Assembly: GCA_951406725.2 (NCBI GenBank)
Contig: OX597821.1
Coordinates: 48,236,001 to 48,300,000, forward strand
Direction: 5' to 3'
DNA length: 64,000 bases
Source: Octopus vulgaris
Lineage: Eukaryota
Positions 13,060 to 25,690 of the stretch are shown piece after piece. How positions within the stretch are numbered: the first letter of the stretch is position 1; each line of letters starts with the position of its first letter. A model generated the notes under the pieces. That model was not told where the DNA came from, did not search any database, and worked only from the letters and a program-made list of their open reading frames with translations. Both the position numbers and the translations under genes were made by a program.

Positions 13060-13760
13060 TAAATTGCAAATTACATAGCTAAGATTAGCAAGGAAAGTCT
13101 AATTTCCATGCATAACTTTAGCAAACACAATGCAATATGTGACAGAGTTCCTTTAGTGATTAACTAACACCAAAATTTCGCTGACATTTCAAAAGTGTTG
13201 CATGAAAGTTACCAGCATGTGGCAGAAAAATATCGTTTCAAACATATATTTCCTCAGCCACTTATTGTAACCTTTAGACAGAATAAAAATATAAGAGAAC
13301 TATTAATCTCTACTACTAACTCCAAGAAAACTAACATTGGAGTTTTTGCTTCCTGTACTTTGAAAAACAGCTGCAACCCTAACCCTGTTCATTGTGCAAC
13401 ATGTGTCAAGTCGATTCCATCAGGAATCATAACAGAAATGCTATGATTTACACAGAAAGTGAGATGTGTAGAGATTCCCTTTTGGTGTACAAGGCAGAAT
13501 GCATGATACACAACTTGATTTATGTTGGTTGTACAACAGAACAATCAAACAAAAGATTTAATGGGCACAGACATGACTTCAGGCACAATAACAGTAGTTC
13601 AACAGAACTTGCCGAAGAACAGCTGCAATTTTGAAAAAGACTTGAAAGTGTATATTCTCAGAAAATATTCTAAATCTGCTACACTTTCAGTCTTCAAAAT
13701 GCATGAGGAGAAATATGTTTGTCAGTTACTAACATCACACCCTGGAAGATGAATAAAATG
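13060..13760 (+). mobile_element. Penelope-like element 3' fragment (linker and GIY-YIG endonuclease)
   Basis: RVPLVI, IFPQPLIVTFRQNKNIRELL, Cys cluster, LVYKAEC..LIYVGCTTEQSNKRFNGHRHD..TELAE; frameshifted. Confidence 0.8.
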
Positions 13761-13866
13761 ACAGGTCAAGCAAATGACAAGCAAATCAGTTATGATCAAA
13801 AGCCATGAGTGTCACTGCCTGGTTTTGAGTCAGGGCAATTGTTGTTGTTATTATTATTAATGTTTA

Positions 13867-14320
13867 GAGGTGGCGAGCTGGCAGAATCATTAGCGAACTG
13901 GACAAAATGCTTAGCAGTATTTTGTCTGTCACTACATTCTGAGTTCAAATTCTGTCGAGGTCAACTTCGTCTTCCATCCTTTAGGGGTCCATAAAATAAA
14001 TACCAGTGAAACTCTGGGATCGATGTAATTGAGTCATCCCCTCCCCCAAAATTGCTGCCCTTATAGCAAAATTTGAAACCATTATTATTGTTGTTGTTCA
14101 CAGTGGTAAGCCAGCAGAATTGTTAGCATGCAGCGCAAAATGCTTAGTAGCACTTCGTCCATCTTTATATTCTGAGTTCAAATTCTGCCGGAGTCAACTT
14201 TCAGTTCCATACTTTTGGAGTTGAGGAAATAAGTACCAGTTATGCACTGTGGTCAATGTAATTGACTAGCTCCCTCCCACGAAAATTTCAGGCCTTGTGC
14301 CTATGGTAGAAAGGATTATT
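13867..14320 (+). mobile_element. Two tandem copies of SINE family B (~220 bp each)
   Basis: Shared gg(c/t)gagctggcagaat..ttagc..aaaatgcttag..ttctgagttcaaattc..gtcaactt..aaataa(a/g)taccagt at 13867 and 14100; a third copy at 41465-41685. Confidence 0.75.
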
Positions 14321-14324
14321 ATTA

Positions 14325-15235
14325 TTTTTTTTTTTTTTTTTTCTCTTCTTTCAAATTTGCTTCCATTTCTTGCCAAGTGTCTTCCCGACTCCTAGGGCAA
14401 AGAAACTCATAGTATACATTGGTAGGCCATTAAACCAAACTCAATAGTTCGTTCATTTTTATTTATTTTTTTTAAAGTTAAATTAAAATACATGAGCAGC
14501 AACAGTTCTCACATTGACAATGCTCTTCTCAATACGTGTGATGTACCAGTTAAGACAATCTTTTGCACTTCTTGCAGGGATGGTAAGCCAGGGATCATTC
14601 TCATATAATTTTCAGTTCCCTTCTGGATCATTCCTAGTGCTCCTACGATCACTGGTATTGTAACCGCCTTGAGATGCCACATTTTCTCAATTTCAATGAG
14701 TAGGTCTTTATATTTTCTGAGCTTGTCAAACTCAGATATTATGAGATATTATGATCACAGATATTATGATCACAGGGGATGCTCATGTCGATCAATAAGC
14801 AAACTTTATTGTTTTGGTCTTTCACAACAATATCTAGTTTATTGGCCTTGATGGTTCGGTCTGTATGTACTGGAAAGTCCCACAGAATGGTTACATTTTC
14901 TCCTTCAGTTACAGCCTCAGGGTGGTGATTATACCACTTGTCGGCAGTTTTGATATTGTAATGCCGACTTATTAGCCAGTGTAGATATTGGCCAACTCTG
15001 TCATGTCTTAATTTATACTCCACTGGTGCTAAGACTTTACATCCAGAGATTAGATGGTCCACTGTTTCAATCATGTCGTTGCAGAATCGGCATTTTGGGT
15101 CTGCTCCATTTTTCATCACATTGGCCTGGTAGTTCCGGGTTAATAGGCTTTGATCTTGAGCAGCCAGGATGAAACCTTCGCTCTCTGCTTTTAGCCCTGA
15201 GCTCCGTAGCCACTGATGATTCTCTCTGGTCGAAC
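14325..15235 (-). mobile_element. R4/Dong-clade LINE 3' fragment (CCHC knuckle, RLE endonuclease, 3' UTR)
   Basis: WLRSSGLKAESEGFILAAQDQ, CRFC..ETVDHLISGC, RHD, ILWDFPVHTDRTIKANKLDIVV..LIDMSIP. Confidence 0.85.
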
Positions 15236-15804
15236 ACAACTTCTCTATTCACAAACAATACAGAACATCCCTTCCTTAATTTTTCTTAAGCCTAATAGTA
15301 GTAAACATCTGAAATTTTTTTGACCGATAGGACCCCACCTAAAAAAAAAAAAAAAAATATCACTGATGGTGATGATGATAATAATGATAGTAATAGTGCT
15401 GATAATCTATCTATCTATCTACACACACACACACACTCAAAGAGTTCAACCAACACAAACCTCACCTCCGCTCTATTGTTAACCAAATATGGAAGTATCA
15501 TTTGACAGGCAAGAACTCTGGCATTGAAGACAGTCAGCCAGCCAACCACCAAGCCAGCCAACGAGACAGACAGACACTACTGTGATGGTGATAATGATAA
15601 AAAAAACAAAAATAACAATAATAAGATACTGCTGTGACTACACATAAAACAATATCATTGATGATGATGGTGGTGATGGTGATGGTGATGATGATAACGA
15701 TGATGGTGATGGTGGTGATAATGATGATAGTGATAGTAATGGTGATGATAACAATAATAAGCCGACTACGGCTGCTATAATGGTACAATTATAATTGTAA
15801 CGGC

Positions 15805-16188
15805 AATGATGGCCGTCTCCCCACGAGCCAATCAAAGCTAAAAAATGATAACATTATCGTAGCACCAAAATGTTTTTGGAAACTAAAAGGAAAACTAAAT
15901 CAGTATACCAAATCGCTTGTCCTATGGTTAATCTGGAAGCGCGTCCCCCAGGGAAGAGTCAGCCTGGGATCGAAAAGTCATCAACTGGCACAAACTCTTC
16001 TCCGAATACGGACATGGATGGTCACTTGAACGGGAAATCCCCCAACTCGAGCCCTCCAAGTTCACCACCACAACCACCACAGAAAGAAAAATGTAAGCGG
16101 AACAAATGGACCCGAGAAGAGTATAAAGAAGTAATATACGCTTATTACTATGCATTAGGTAGGCCATCTCAAGAGAGACACACCGCAA
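15805..16188 (+). mobile_element. 5' end of an R4/Dong-like LINE ORF
   Basis: KRNKWTREEYKEVIYAYYYA resembles the N-terminal motif of R4/Dong ORFs; it abuts an (ATT)n tract. Confidence 0.55.
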
Positions 16189-16189
16189 A

Positions 16190-16235
<46 letters not shown>

Positions 16236-16431
16236 GTAGTCTTATTTTTATAACGTGCTTTCACTGCACTACTGAGCACAGCACTGTGTGCCTTGGGTAT
16301 GTGCTGTGGTTTGCTGTGATGCTTTTATGGTTACTGTATTGAAAGTGTTTTGCGTAGGATGTGTGAAACACATTCTACACAAAACATTTTCAATACAGTA
16401 ACCATAAGAGCATCACAGCAAACCACAGCAC
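16236..16431 (-). mobile_element. R4/Dong 3' end with inverted duplication, embedded in (ATT)n
   Basis: Minus strand encodes HILRKTLSIQ* followed by a 3' UTR; 16301-16431 forms a 64-bp-arm hairpin. Confidence 0.7.
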
Positions 16432-16491
<60 letters not shown>

Positions 16492-16493
<2 letters not shown>

Positions 16494-16800
16494 GTTTGAC
16501 TTTTGCTTTATGTCTGTACAAGTTGGCTCCAAGTCTCACCCAGAGACCTCAAGAGACAACAGGTTGGAAGTTCACGTTGTTGTTATGTCTAGTGTGCCAT
16601 ATATTTGGGGGTTTTTTTGGTGTTGTACTAGTGAATGTCTAAAAAGATAAATTTAAAAAAAAAAGTTTGTTTTAAATCTTGGGATTACATAGAGAGTATT
16701 TTGCGTAGGATATGTGCAGGTCCCATGAGCACTATCTTTTGAATTTCTGCCATTTTGGGGTTTCCTGGTATCTGAGTTAGGTAGCAATCAGTCCCTTTCG
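16492..16800 (-). mobile_element. R4/Dong 3' end embedded in (ATT)n
   Basis: IPGNPKMAEIQKIVLMGPAHILRKILSM* is a typical R4/Dong C-terminus; (TAA)n on both sides. Confidence 0.75.
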
Positions 16801-16803
16801 CTA

Positions 16804-16889
<86 letters not shown>

Positions 16890-17463
16890 TCTGCATTCAA
16901 CTTCAGTGAAACATTTGAAAGAAAAGCTACTGTCAAGCAAGCTAGTTTTAGAACCCAATTTGTCATTTGTTTCACTTCATTTATGTTCTGTTCAAACCCA
17001 TGCCAGCATCAAAGAAGGGTGTTAAATGATGATAGTAAAAATGCTCATATACTCAATAAAATCATGAACAGCATTCAATCTAAATGTACTGGACTATAAA
17101 GGAACAGTTTTACAGCTCAACTATTTAAAGACTGAGTTACAAACAACACATTGCCATTTCTCTACACGTTTATCTCCGATGTCTTTGGAAAACATGCAAA
17201 GGTTACATAATATCTTTTTCCCTTTTCTCTTACATATGAGATGGAGTGCATGTAGAAGAAATCGATTATTATTATTATAGTTTTGCTGTTATTACTATTA
17301 TTATTGTGGGTGTTATTGTTGTTGTCCTTGTTGCTGTTGTTGTTTCTGCCATTTCTTCTTTCCAATTCAGACATATGTCTACCAAAATGAAGTACCACAT
17401 ACTTGTCAGTTGAAGAATAAATAAAATGTGGATAAATAAGGATAAAAATGAAACAGAAAAAAA

Positions 17464-17754
17464 TAACCCCTTTGTTGAAATTTAATCATTGAAGATGATG
17501 TGAAGTAGAAAATAAGTTATGGATCTAGCTGGGAGGACATTTCATAAGAAACTGATTCTAGCAGATTACTGCCTCAAGTGAAAAACATCAACAAAAACAT
17601 TTTTGCAGTCAATACATAGACATGGAATATCAGTTTTAGTTCAAAGAATTTTGGTTGTATTTTAGTGTTGAATATGTCAACTGATCAAAGAATGTCATGA
17701 AATGAAGAAAAATAATTTGTTTTTGAGAAAAAAATCGGGAACTCTGTGTGTGTG

Positions 17755-17846
<92 letters not shown>

Positions 17847-18530
17847 TGCGTGTGTGAGTGTATAAAAGATCGTTAAAATTCCAGGAAATAAAACTTCAGT
17901 TCTTGGGGCCTGTATTTTTGAATTATGTTTTTACTATTGGACTTTTAAAACATTTTTTTCCTCTTTTGCAATCCTTCCTGGAGAGGAATAATCAGATGGT
18001 GAAGTAGATAAATAAATTCACATACAACAGAGCTTGTCATGGAAAAAAATAGAGAATTTGTTGAGATTTATGCTTTAAGAAAAGATTTTGATGATTGAGA
18101 AGACATTATTTAAAGATAGAATAATTATTGATGGAAACACAAGAAGAATGCTGTTTGGAATTGACTGCCAAACAGTTTTGATGCCATATCTATTCATGTA
18201 AGAAATACAGTCAGTCTTCATAGAGTGAGCATTGGGTTACTTTATTTTCATTGATACTGATAGGTAATTTCACATAGAGAATGGATTTGTTATCTATTCA
18301 AAGGAACAAATTTTAGGTTGAGTAAACTTTTGATGAGGAACAAAATTAGTTAAACTGATATGTTGACATATGGGCAACCAACCCATAAAAAAACAGAAGT
18401 TTGCATTCATATAGGGATGCAATGCTTTAACAATTCTCAAGTTATTGAAAACACTTGCACCAAATTACAATGAATATATCTTCATTAGGAATAATGCCCA
18501 ACGAAACAATTAACTACTTGTAGGGGTTAA
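17464..18530. mobile_element. Possible highly degraded piggyBac-derived element
   Basis: Begins (a)taacccct and ends aggggttaa (TTAA-CCC..GGG-TTAA pattern); no convincing ORF. Confidence 0.3.
17745..17861. repeat. (TG)n microsatellite
   Basis: Directly visible. Confidence 0.95.
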
Positions 18531-18574
18531 CATTTTGATTTATTCACTACTCCAGTCTGGCTATTATTATTATT

Positions 18575-19270
18575 TAAAAAAAAAATAAAATATGGTCTGT
18601 TGTCTTCTGCTGAACCGGGGTCATCCCTTGACCCTAGAGTTACAGCAGGTCCTCATCTCATGGAGAGTACATAGCGTAAAATATGTGAGGAACCTAGCAA
18701 CACTATTTTCTGAAGTTCTCCCACATTAACACTGCTTATCAAGGCCTTTTTTTAATTAGTCCCAACACTCCAATCGCCACTGGTGCTGTGCTGCTCTTCA
18801 TTCCCCACATCTTGGTCACTTCCATTTCTAGGTCTTTGTACTTAACTTCTCAACTTTAATGGACACATTTCTCTCTGATGGTACTGTCACTTCTATCATT
18901 TAGCATTTCTTATTCTTCCCATCTTTGATGATTATGTCCGGCCTGTTTTCCTTGATTTCTTTATCGGTGTTGATTGGCATGTCCCAGAGTACTGTTACAT
19001 CATCTTTTCCGGTCACAGTTTCAGGTTTATGCTGGTACCATCTTTCTGAAGTTGGAAGCTGGTAATGTTTACATATCTTTTAATGGATATATTGCGTTAC
19101 CCTATCGTGTCTATGAATATATTCGGTTTTTGCAAGTGCTGTGCATCCAGTTAAGATGTGGTCCACTGTTTCATCCTGCTCATGACACATTCTGCATTTT
19201 TGGTCAGTGCCATCATTCATTATTTTGTTGTGGTAAGCCCTGGTTGCCAAGCTTTGATCTTGTGCTATGA
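18575..19270 (-). mobile_element. R4/Dong-clade LINE 3' fragment
   Basis: IIAQDQSLATRAY..CRMCHEQDETVDHILTGC..YIHRHD, LWDMPINTDKEIKENRPDIII; near (TAA)n. Confidence 0.85.
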
Positions 19271-19356
19271 TAAAAACTTCAAAAATATGCATATACATTA
19301 TATACATATATATTATAATAATAATAATAATAGTAATAATAATAATAATGATGATG

Positions 19357-19390
<34 letters not shown>

Positions 19391-19457
19391 GTAACAACAA
19401 AAAGTAGCAACAAAAGAATGTGACCTTGATATAAGATAAATAGAGGATATTTATATA

Positions 19458-19554
19458 TGTTATAATTTAGAATAAGCAGTAAAAGGGTGTCATTATAGTA
19501 CTCAGAGTTTCGAGTACTATAATGACAACTTTTTACTGTTTATTCTAAATTATA

Positions 19555-19557
<3 letters not shown>
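19458..19557. repeat. Fold-back hairpin, 46-bp arms, 8-nt loop
   Basis: tgttataatttagaataagcag..gtactc agagtttc gagtac..ttctaaattataaca with 3 mismatches. Confidence 0.95.
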
Positions 19558-19587
<30 letters not shown>

Positions 19588-20320
19588 ACACGAAATGGGA
19601 CAAGAATGCAAAACATCCGGACAGCTAGCTGATACAAAAAGGGACAACAAAACAACCAGATAGACGATACAAAGAAAACAAGGACGGGTTATTCGAAGTT
19701 TTCTTTCTTCAGTCAAGCACCAGATTATCCTCGCAATTTTGGCTGATTATTCTTGAGATTGCTCCAATCTGGCCAGCCCCAAGAAAAAATCTAAACTAAG
19801 AGCATTAGAGTCCTTGGAAGAAAGCAACGTGTGTATACAAAAACAAGGAAGGAAAAAAACGGACAATGTTACACAAATATAAATACAATGAAAAAAAAAA
19901 TAATAATAGGACATAACAACAGGTGTCTTTCGACTAAGGACGAATTGAATTAAGCTGGCGCGTGTGGAAATGAAGCCTTACGGCAGAGATACAAAGTTTT
20001 CACAAACACGCACACACACACTCACACATATATATATTGAGAGATAGAAAGATATAGATATAGATAATATATATATATGTATATACTTCAAATTCAAATT
20101 TATAGAAAACTAGCAGCTAAGCCTGGTTTCACCCGGTCTTTTTGGAGGATGTGGCTGTGATCATTTTCGGTTAGGCACAATCTATAACAGTGTTTCTCAA
20201 CCTTATCATTTCGGGTCCCCTGTTTTGATTGGAGCCTCCAGCTGTATGAAAATTTCCTGACAACACCCCCCACCCTCTGTCAGAAAACAGCTTCAGCAGT
20301 TATGAAGAAAGAATTTGTAC

Positions 20321-20493
20321 GTAGTCTGTTTCTGAGAGCTATTGTATTGGACCTCTGTCTAATCATTAAAACATTGATTTAATTATGAACGTAGAAAGAA
20401 ATTATACATTAATCCCTATTTTTGTAAGCAGTTGTATCCATAAAAATGTTATTTGCAGAGAGCAGAAATTGAAAGAAGATATATGAAATGGAC

Positions 20494-20536
<43 letters not shown>

Positions 20537-20980
20537 TGTGTGAGTGTGCATGTGTGCTTGTGCATGTGTATGTGAGAGAGAAAGAGGGTGATAAAGAGAG
20601 ATAGAGTGAGTGAGTGAAGGTGTGTGTCGTGAGGATTGACATATTTATATGTAGTCTGTTTCTGAGAGCTATTCTATTCTGTCTAATCATTAAAACATGG
20701 ATTTAATTATGAACATAGAAAGAAATTATACATTAATCCCTATTTTTGCAAGCAGTTGTATTCGTAAAAAATTTCAATTGCAGAGAGCAAAAATTGAAAG
20801 AAGATATATGAAATGGACGTGTGTGTGTATATGTGTATATGTGTGTCTATGTGCGTGTCTGTGTGTGCATGTGTGCATGCGTGCATGCATGCTGGCACGT
20901 ATGTATGTGATAGGGTGAGAAAGAGAGATAGAGGGAGTGAGTTAAGGTGTGTGTCGTGATGATTGATGTCTTTTAAGGTA
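20321..20980. repeat. Direct tandem duplication, ~330-bp unit
   Basis: gtagtctgtttctgagagctatt..aatcattaaaacat..agaaagaaattatacattaatccctattttt starts at both 20321 and 20651. Confidence 0.9.
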
Positions 20981-21309
20981 CACACACATACATAGAAAAT
21001 GTGAGGGCATCATATAAAATTTTTACGATAGTTGATCTATGGAAAAGATTATGTTAAATTTTTGAAATGCAAATATGTGAATGAAAATTAAGTTCAGACC
21101 TCTACATGGTAGCTAGACCTGGTAGAAATTGCAGCCAAATCTTCCTCAAAACACCCTACTGTCTTAATCTGACAATTCTGCCTATTATGTAGTTTGAATG
21201 AGAAACTGTAACCAAAGATTAAGATTATTAACCCCACAAAGAGGTGAAAGAAGAGAGAGAGCATAACGAAAGTTTTGGTTGACTGTCAACCTGTACTCTG
21301 CTTGTTGCT

Positions 21310-21435
21310 ACCAAATCCACTTACAAGGCTTTGATCAACCTGAGGTTATAGTAAAAAATACTTGCTCAAGGTGCCATGCAGTGGGACTGAACCCAGAACC
21401 ATGAGGTTGGAAAGCAAGTTTCTTACCCCACAACC
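21310..21435 (-). mobile_element. 5' fragment of SINE family C
   Basis: accaaatccact..caaggtgccatgcagtgggactgaaccc matches the head of 51465-51855 in reverse. Confidence 0.75.
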
Positions 21436-23467
21436 ATCTGTAACGTTGACACAGCTTTTATTGTTGTTGTTACTATTACTGCTGTTGCTATGCCTACTTC
21501 TGCTGTATCTGCTACTGTTGCTACTGCTCCTGTTGCAACAACAACAATATAAGGTTTGTAAAACCTTATATTGTCGTTATTGCAATGCTTACAACCTGAA
21601 ACTCTGGCATTATCTATGTTTCTCTATTGTAGTCATTACGCTTTGCTTATACCACCTATGTTCCTAAGATAATTATGAGTGCTACATGATCACCTTTTTT
21701 TTCAGTTCTGGTGCTCTGTTTCTGTGAGAAATATTTATTATTGCACTTCATTATCCCAGCATAAGTGTGTGTGACCCATTTTCACTACTATTTTTAATTC
21801 ATGTGGGAAAGGCATCAAGATCATACAATCACTTTCCTTCTTAAAATGTCAAATTTTTTATGTTTTCCTTAATGGCTTTTCTTTTTCCTTTCCTCGGTGA
21901 TCATGAAGTTAATTTTTTTTCATCAATTCTTTTTTAAAATGCTTTGAATTCATCTAGTATTTGTTTGGTAAAAATGGCAAAAAAGAAACTTAAAGAATTT
22001 TTGATGCAGATTATTGAAAATACTGAAAAACCAGCAGATATAAAACTAGAATACAAATTTAATCATGCATATGAAAACAGAAAATTAAAATTCCAAAGAA
22101 TATCCATTCTATGTATCTTTGTTTCTTGTTTCTTGTATTAGTGAAGGTTGAATAATTTATGGTTTTGGTTCCAAATAAATAAAGAAGATTAACATCAAAA
22201 TAGACTTCCTATTCTTTGGGATTTTTTTGTCTTTTAATTGTATTCTTTACTTTTCATGTGAAAAGATTTGGCAAATTCTTTGATGAAGCCAATAAGAAAT
22301 AAATCCTCTTTTCTCTTTGTATTAACAATTGATTCATTATCATGTGGCTACTTTCAGAACTAAATGGTAAATAGCTTCAGAATATGACCAAATGTAAAAT
22401 TTATAAAAACAAACTATTTTGATGTATTTTTTTTTAAATTAATTTTACTATTTCAATATTTTAAAAATTGATTTTACTATTTTAAATTTTATTGTACATT
22501 GCTGATTCTTCCACTGCAGTGGACACTGTTGCAGCTGTTGCTGTTGAGAACAGTTCTATAGAATAATGATAAATGAAATATTAAACTCCTGACAGTTTTA
22601 AGATATTGGTGAGTTCCTGCAAGTCTTTGATACTTTTGGTGTCTCCCATGGGGAATATATTTTAATCTGACTGAGACCCAATATTTATAATGCTATATTT
22701 CAGTTATCAAACAGCTTGGAGAGAACAGATCAGTAATATAGCACAAGACACCAAAGACATAGATTTTACCAATATAGCAATGCTGATGATAATGCTTATA
22801 ATAATAATAGTAACAACAACAAAAACAGTATCAATGATAATCGTTTCTTTATTGGCCATAAGGGCCTACATAAAAGGTACAAGGGACATCTGTACAAAAT
22901 AGTTAAACACAGAGGGGTTTGTACAAGTACATGGATTTACAACAAGGAGATAATAATTAAGAAATTCCTCAGGGTAACAAGTCTCCAAGAGCTACCTGTG
23001 TCCAACACCACAAAAGTATGGTCACTCTGACCATTTAGTGAGTGCCTTTTTCATTCAGTGTAAAACAGGGGACAACAGATGAAGGGAATGTTCTTTATGT
23101 TGCATGTCTCGTTTCTCTGTTTGTTTTCATTGTTCAAAAAATGTTCCTTTTCTATGTTTTTGTTTTTATGTTTTCGTTTCTCATTCTGTCTACATTTTTT
23201 TGATGTCCTGTACCCATATATGCATGTATATATACATACATATGTAGGTATGTACATATATGTATGTACATATGCATATGTTTATATATTATTTATATTA
23301 TTACATGATCGAACTCCACACATCCTTTTCCAAGTAAGCTTTACCTACCTACCTACCTACCTACCTACATACATACATACATACATACATACATACATAC
23401 ATACATACATACGTATTGTACATACACATATATACATGTATACATTCATACACATATATATGTACTG

Positions 23468-23612
23468 GGGTGCAGGCATGGCTATGTGGCTAAGTGAACT
23501 TTTAAACCACATGATTTTGTGTAACACTTTCAGCAGATGTCTTCTTCTCTAGGCCCAGGCAACCAAAGTCTTTAAGTGGATTTGATAAACAGAAATTGAA
23601 AGAAGCCCCTTG
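23468..23612 (+). mobile_element. Degraded 5' part of SINE family C
   Basis: ggcatggctatgtgg..gtggatttgataaacagaaattgaaagaagccc. Confidence 0.6.
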
Positions 23613-23671
23613 TGTGTGTGTGTGTGTGTGGAAAAAAGTTTGAAAAAATTCCATGTGAACTGTAGCAAAAA

Positions 23672-24565
23672 TCTACTACACATGTGGAAATCTGTGGGTG
23701 TATTTGTTTGTGGCATTGATATCTAAATCCTCCTACATTATTTTATTGATTTTAATGAAAATTGACACGTGAGTAGAGCTCATGTCTGGAAAACTAGTGA
23801 CATACTTAGATTGTTGAAGAAATTAACAATAGGGCCCTTGGAAGGGATTCTTATATCTACTACATATAACTTATATATTCTTTTTAAACATCCAAGGGAA
23901 ATAACCCATTCATGTTCGTAAATTATTTCATATAAATCAAATTGAGTATGCTTATCTCTTAGTATTTAACTATTTGAGTTATTTTCGCAATTTATCCAGT
24001 ACAACGCTTAAACAAGTAAATAGTATTTTCCAAAACAATAGATCCACTTATTTCGGTTAGTGACTTATTCGCGAATGTACCAACACTAGCACTGCTGAGG
24101 GTAATAGTCACTGTGAATGCGCAAAAGCTTTTTCAGAGTTATTTACTTTGAATTGTTATTATCTCATATCTGAGTAGCCTGTTATTACGTAACATGCTTC
24201 ACAATTTTAGTATACATGCTTTATTAGTATTTCCTCCTAAGTTCTATACACTTTGGGGACATATCAACGCCCTTTTTTGCAGCTACTTTATTTGAATTCT
24301 TACTATCGGGTAATTAATTTCATGTTATTAAATAACTGACTTCACAATTTGGGTATTCATAACTTGTTGGGAAGTTATTAATACCCAAAACAAGATCTAA
24401 AAACAAGATCCTGTGTAAGACAAATTGGTATTCTCAATAAAAGCACAAAAACCGTTTTAAGGGCTACATACTTTGTATTGTTCTTACTAGATTAGCAAAA
24501 CAATTATGAGAACTGAACCAAGGGATAAGCCCCGCTTTCCGGGAATTACCAGGTATGTCAGCTAG
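23672..24565 (+). mobile_element. Non-autonomous Helitron-like element
   Basis: A|TC start (atctact..) and CTAG|T end, preceded by a GC-rich imperfect hairpin (ccgggaattaccagg); no TSD. Confidence 0.55.
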
Positions 24566-24734
24566 TGTATGAATATGTGCGTATATGTGTGTGTACGCGC
24601 GTGTTTGTGTCAGTATGAAAATATGTATATATGTGTGTGTGTGTATGAATATATGTATATGTATATGTATAAGTATATATATATATATATATATTTAAAA
24701 AAAGGAGATGTCGAACACGAGTGGTGATATATCA

Positions 24735-25022
24735 AAAAGGAAATGAAGAAAATGCTGACAAATAATTGAAGTAATTTAAGTAATTTAATTAGGTGAAAGT
24801 TCTTTTTACCGGTTGCGCATTTGTTATGCTTATCAAAATATAAAAGAGAGATTAGAGTTCCTTTCTTATAGAATTTTTCCTGGAAAAATTCTATAAGAAA
24901 GGAACTCTAATCTCTCTTTTATATTTTGATAAGCATAACAAATGCGCAACCGGTAAAAAGAACTTTCACCTAATTAAATTACTTAAATTACTTCAATTAT
25001 TTGTCAGCATTTTCTTCATTTC

Positions 25023-25027
<5 letters not shown>
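24735..25027. repeat. Perfect palindrome, 146-bp arms with 1-nt spacer (centre T24881)
   Basis: ..tatagaatttttcc t ggaaaaattctata..; arms appear exactly complementary out to aaaaggaaatgaag / cttcatttcctttt; followed by (TA)n. Confidence 0.95.
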
Positions 25028-25071
<44 letters not shown>

Positions 25072-25383
25072 CGTTTTTGGATTTGGTTTGCAAGATTCTT
25101 TATGTGAGTTCGTGTGTTGAAGCATATTCTGTCGTGTCTGGGGAGAGTCATTATCATTTGGTGCCTTATAATTTAACACACTCACCGGTAAAATTTCCAA
25201 TTATTTCTTTTTTATTTTTCTAAAATTTTCGTTGCATCTTGCAACCTTTTCAATAGTTTACCACTTTCCTGGGAATTAGAAAGTTACATCAGCTAGTATA
25301 AAAATAAATGAAAATGCACAGACGCACAAAAGTACCATTGACTGTCCACTAATATATCATGTTCCCTTACATATATATGTATG

Positions 25384-25420
<37 letters not shown>

Positions 25421-25447
25421 GAAAAAAGCAACAAGAATAGATCAATA

Positions 25448-25536
25448 TTTCGGTACAATTGTTTCGTACGAACACAGCTTTATTAAGGCTGCAAATATTG
25501 CAGTAAATATAAGTGACCCGTACTCATCAGCCGAAA
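25448..25536 (-). ncRNA. Type-I hammerhead ribozyme (inverted pLTR copy)
   Basis: Reverse complement reads UUUCGG-CUGAUGA-GUACG..CGUAC-GAAA-CAAUU-GUA-CCGAAA. Confidence 0.85.
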
Positions 25537-25690
25537 AAACATCTGGGTTCTCCAAACATCTAAGGGGGTGGTGTTACACTCCTGAAACATCAGGGATAGC
25601 TCTATAAAAATAAGATGTAGGTAACAAACAGACTTCTAAAAGTTCTTTTAGTGTTGCACAGTCATATAACGGGTTTTAAAGAAATTTTTT

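Noticed and set aside
21944-22141. Short Lys-rich ORF (MAKKKLKEFLMQII..)
   Set aside because: No recognisable motif or convincing splice signals; expected by chance in AT-rich DNA.
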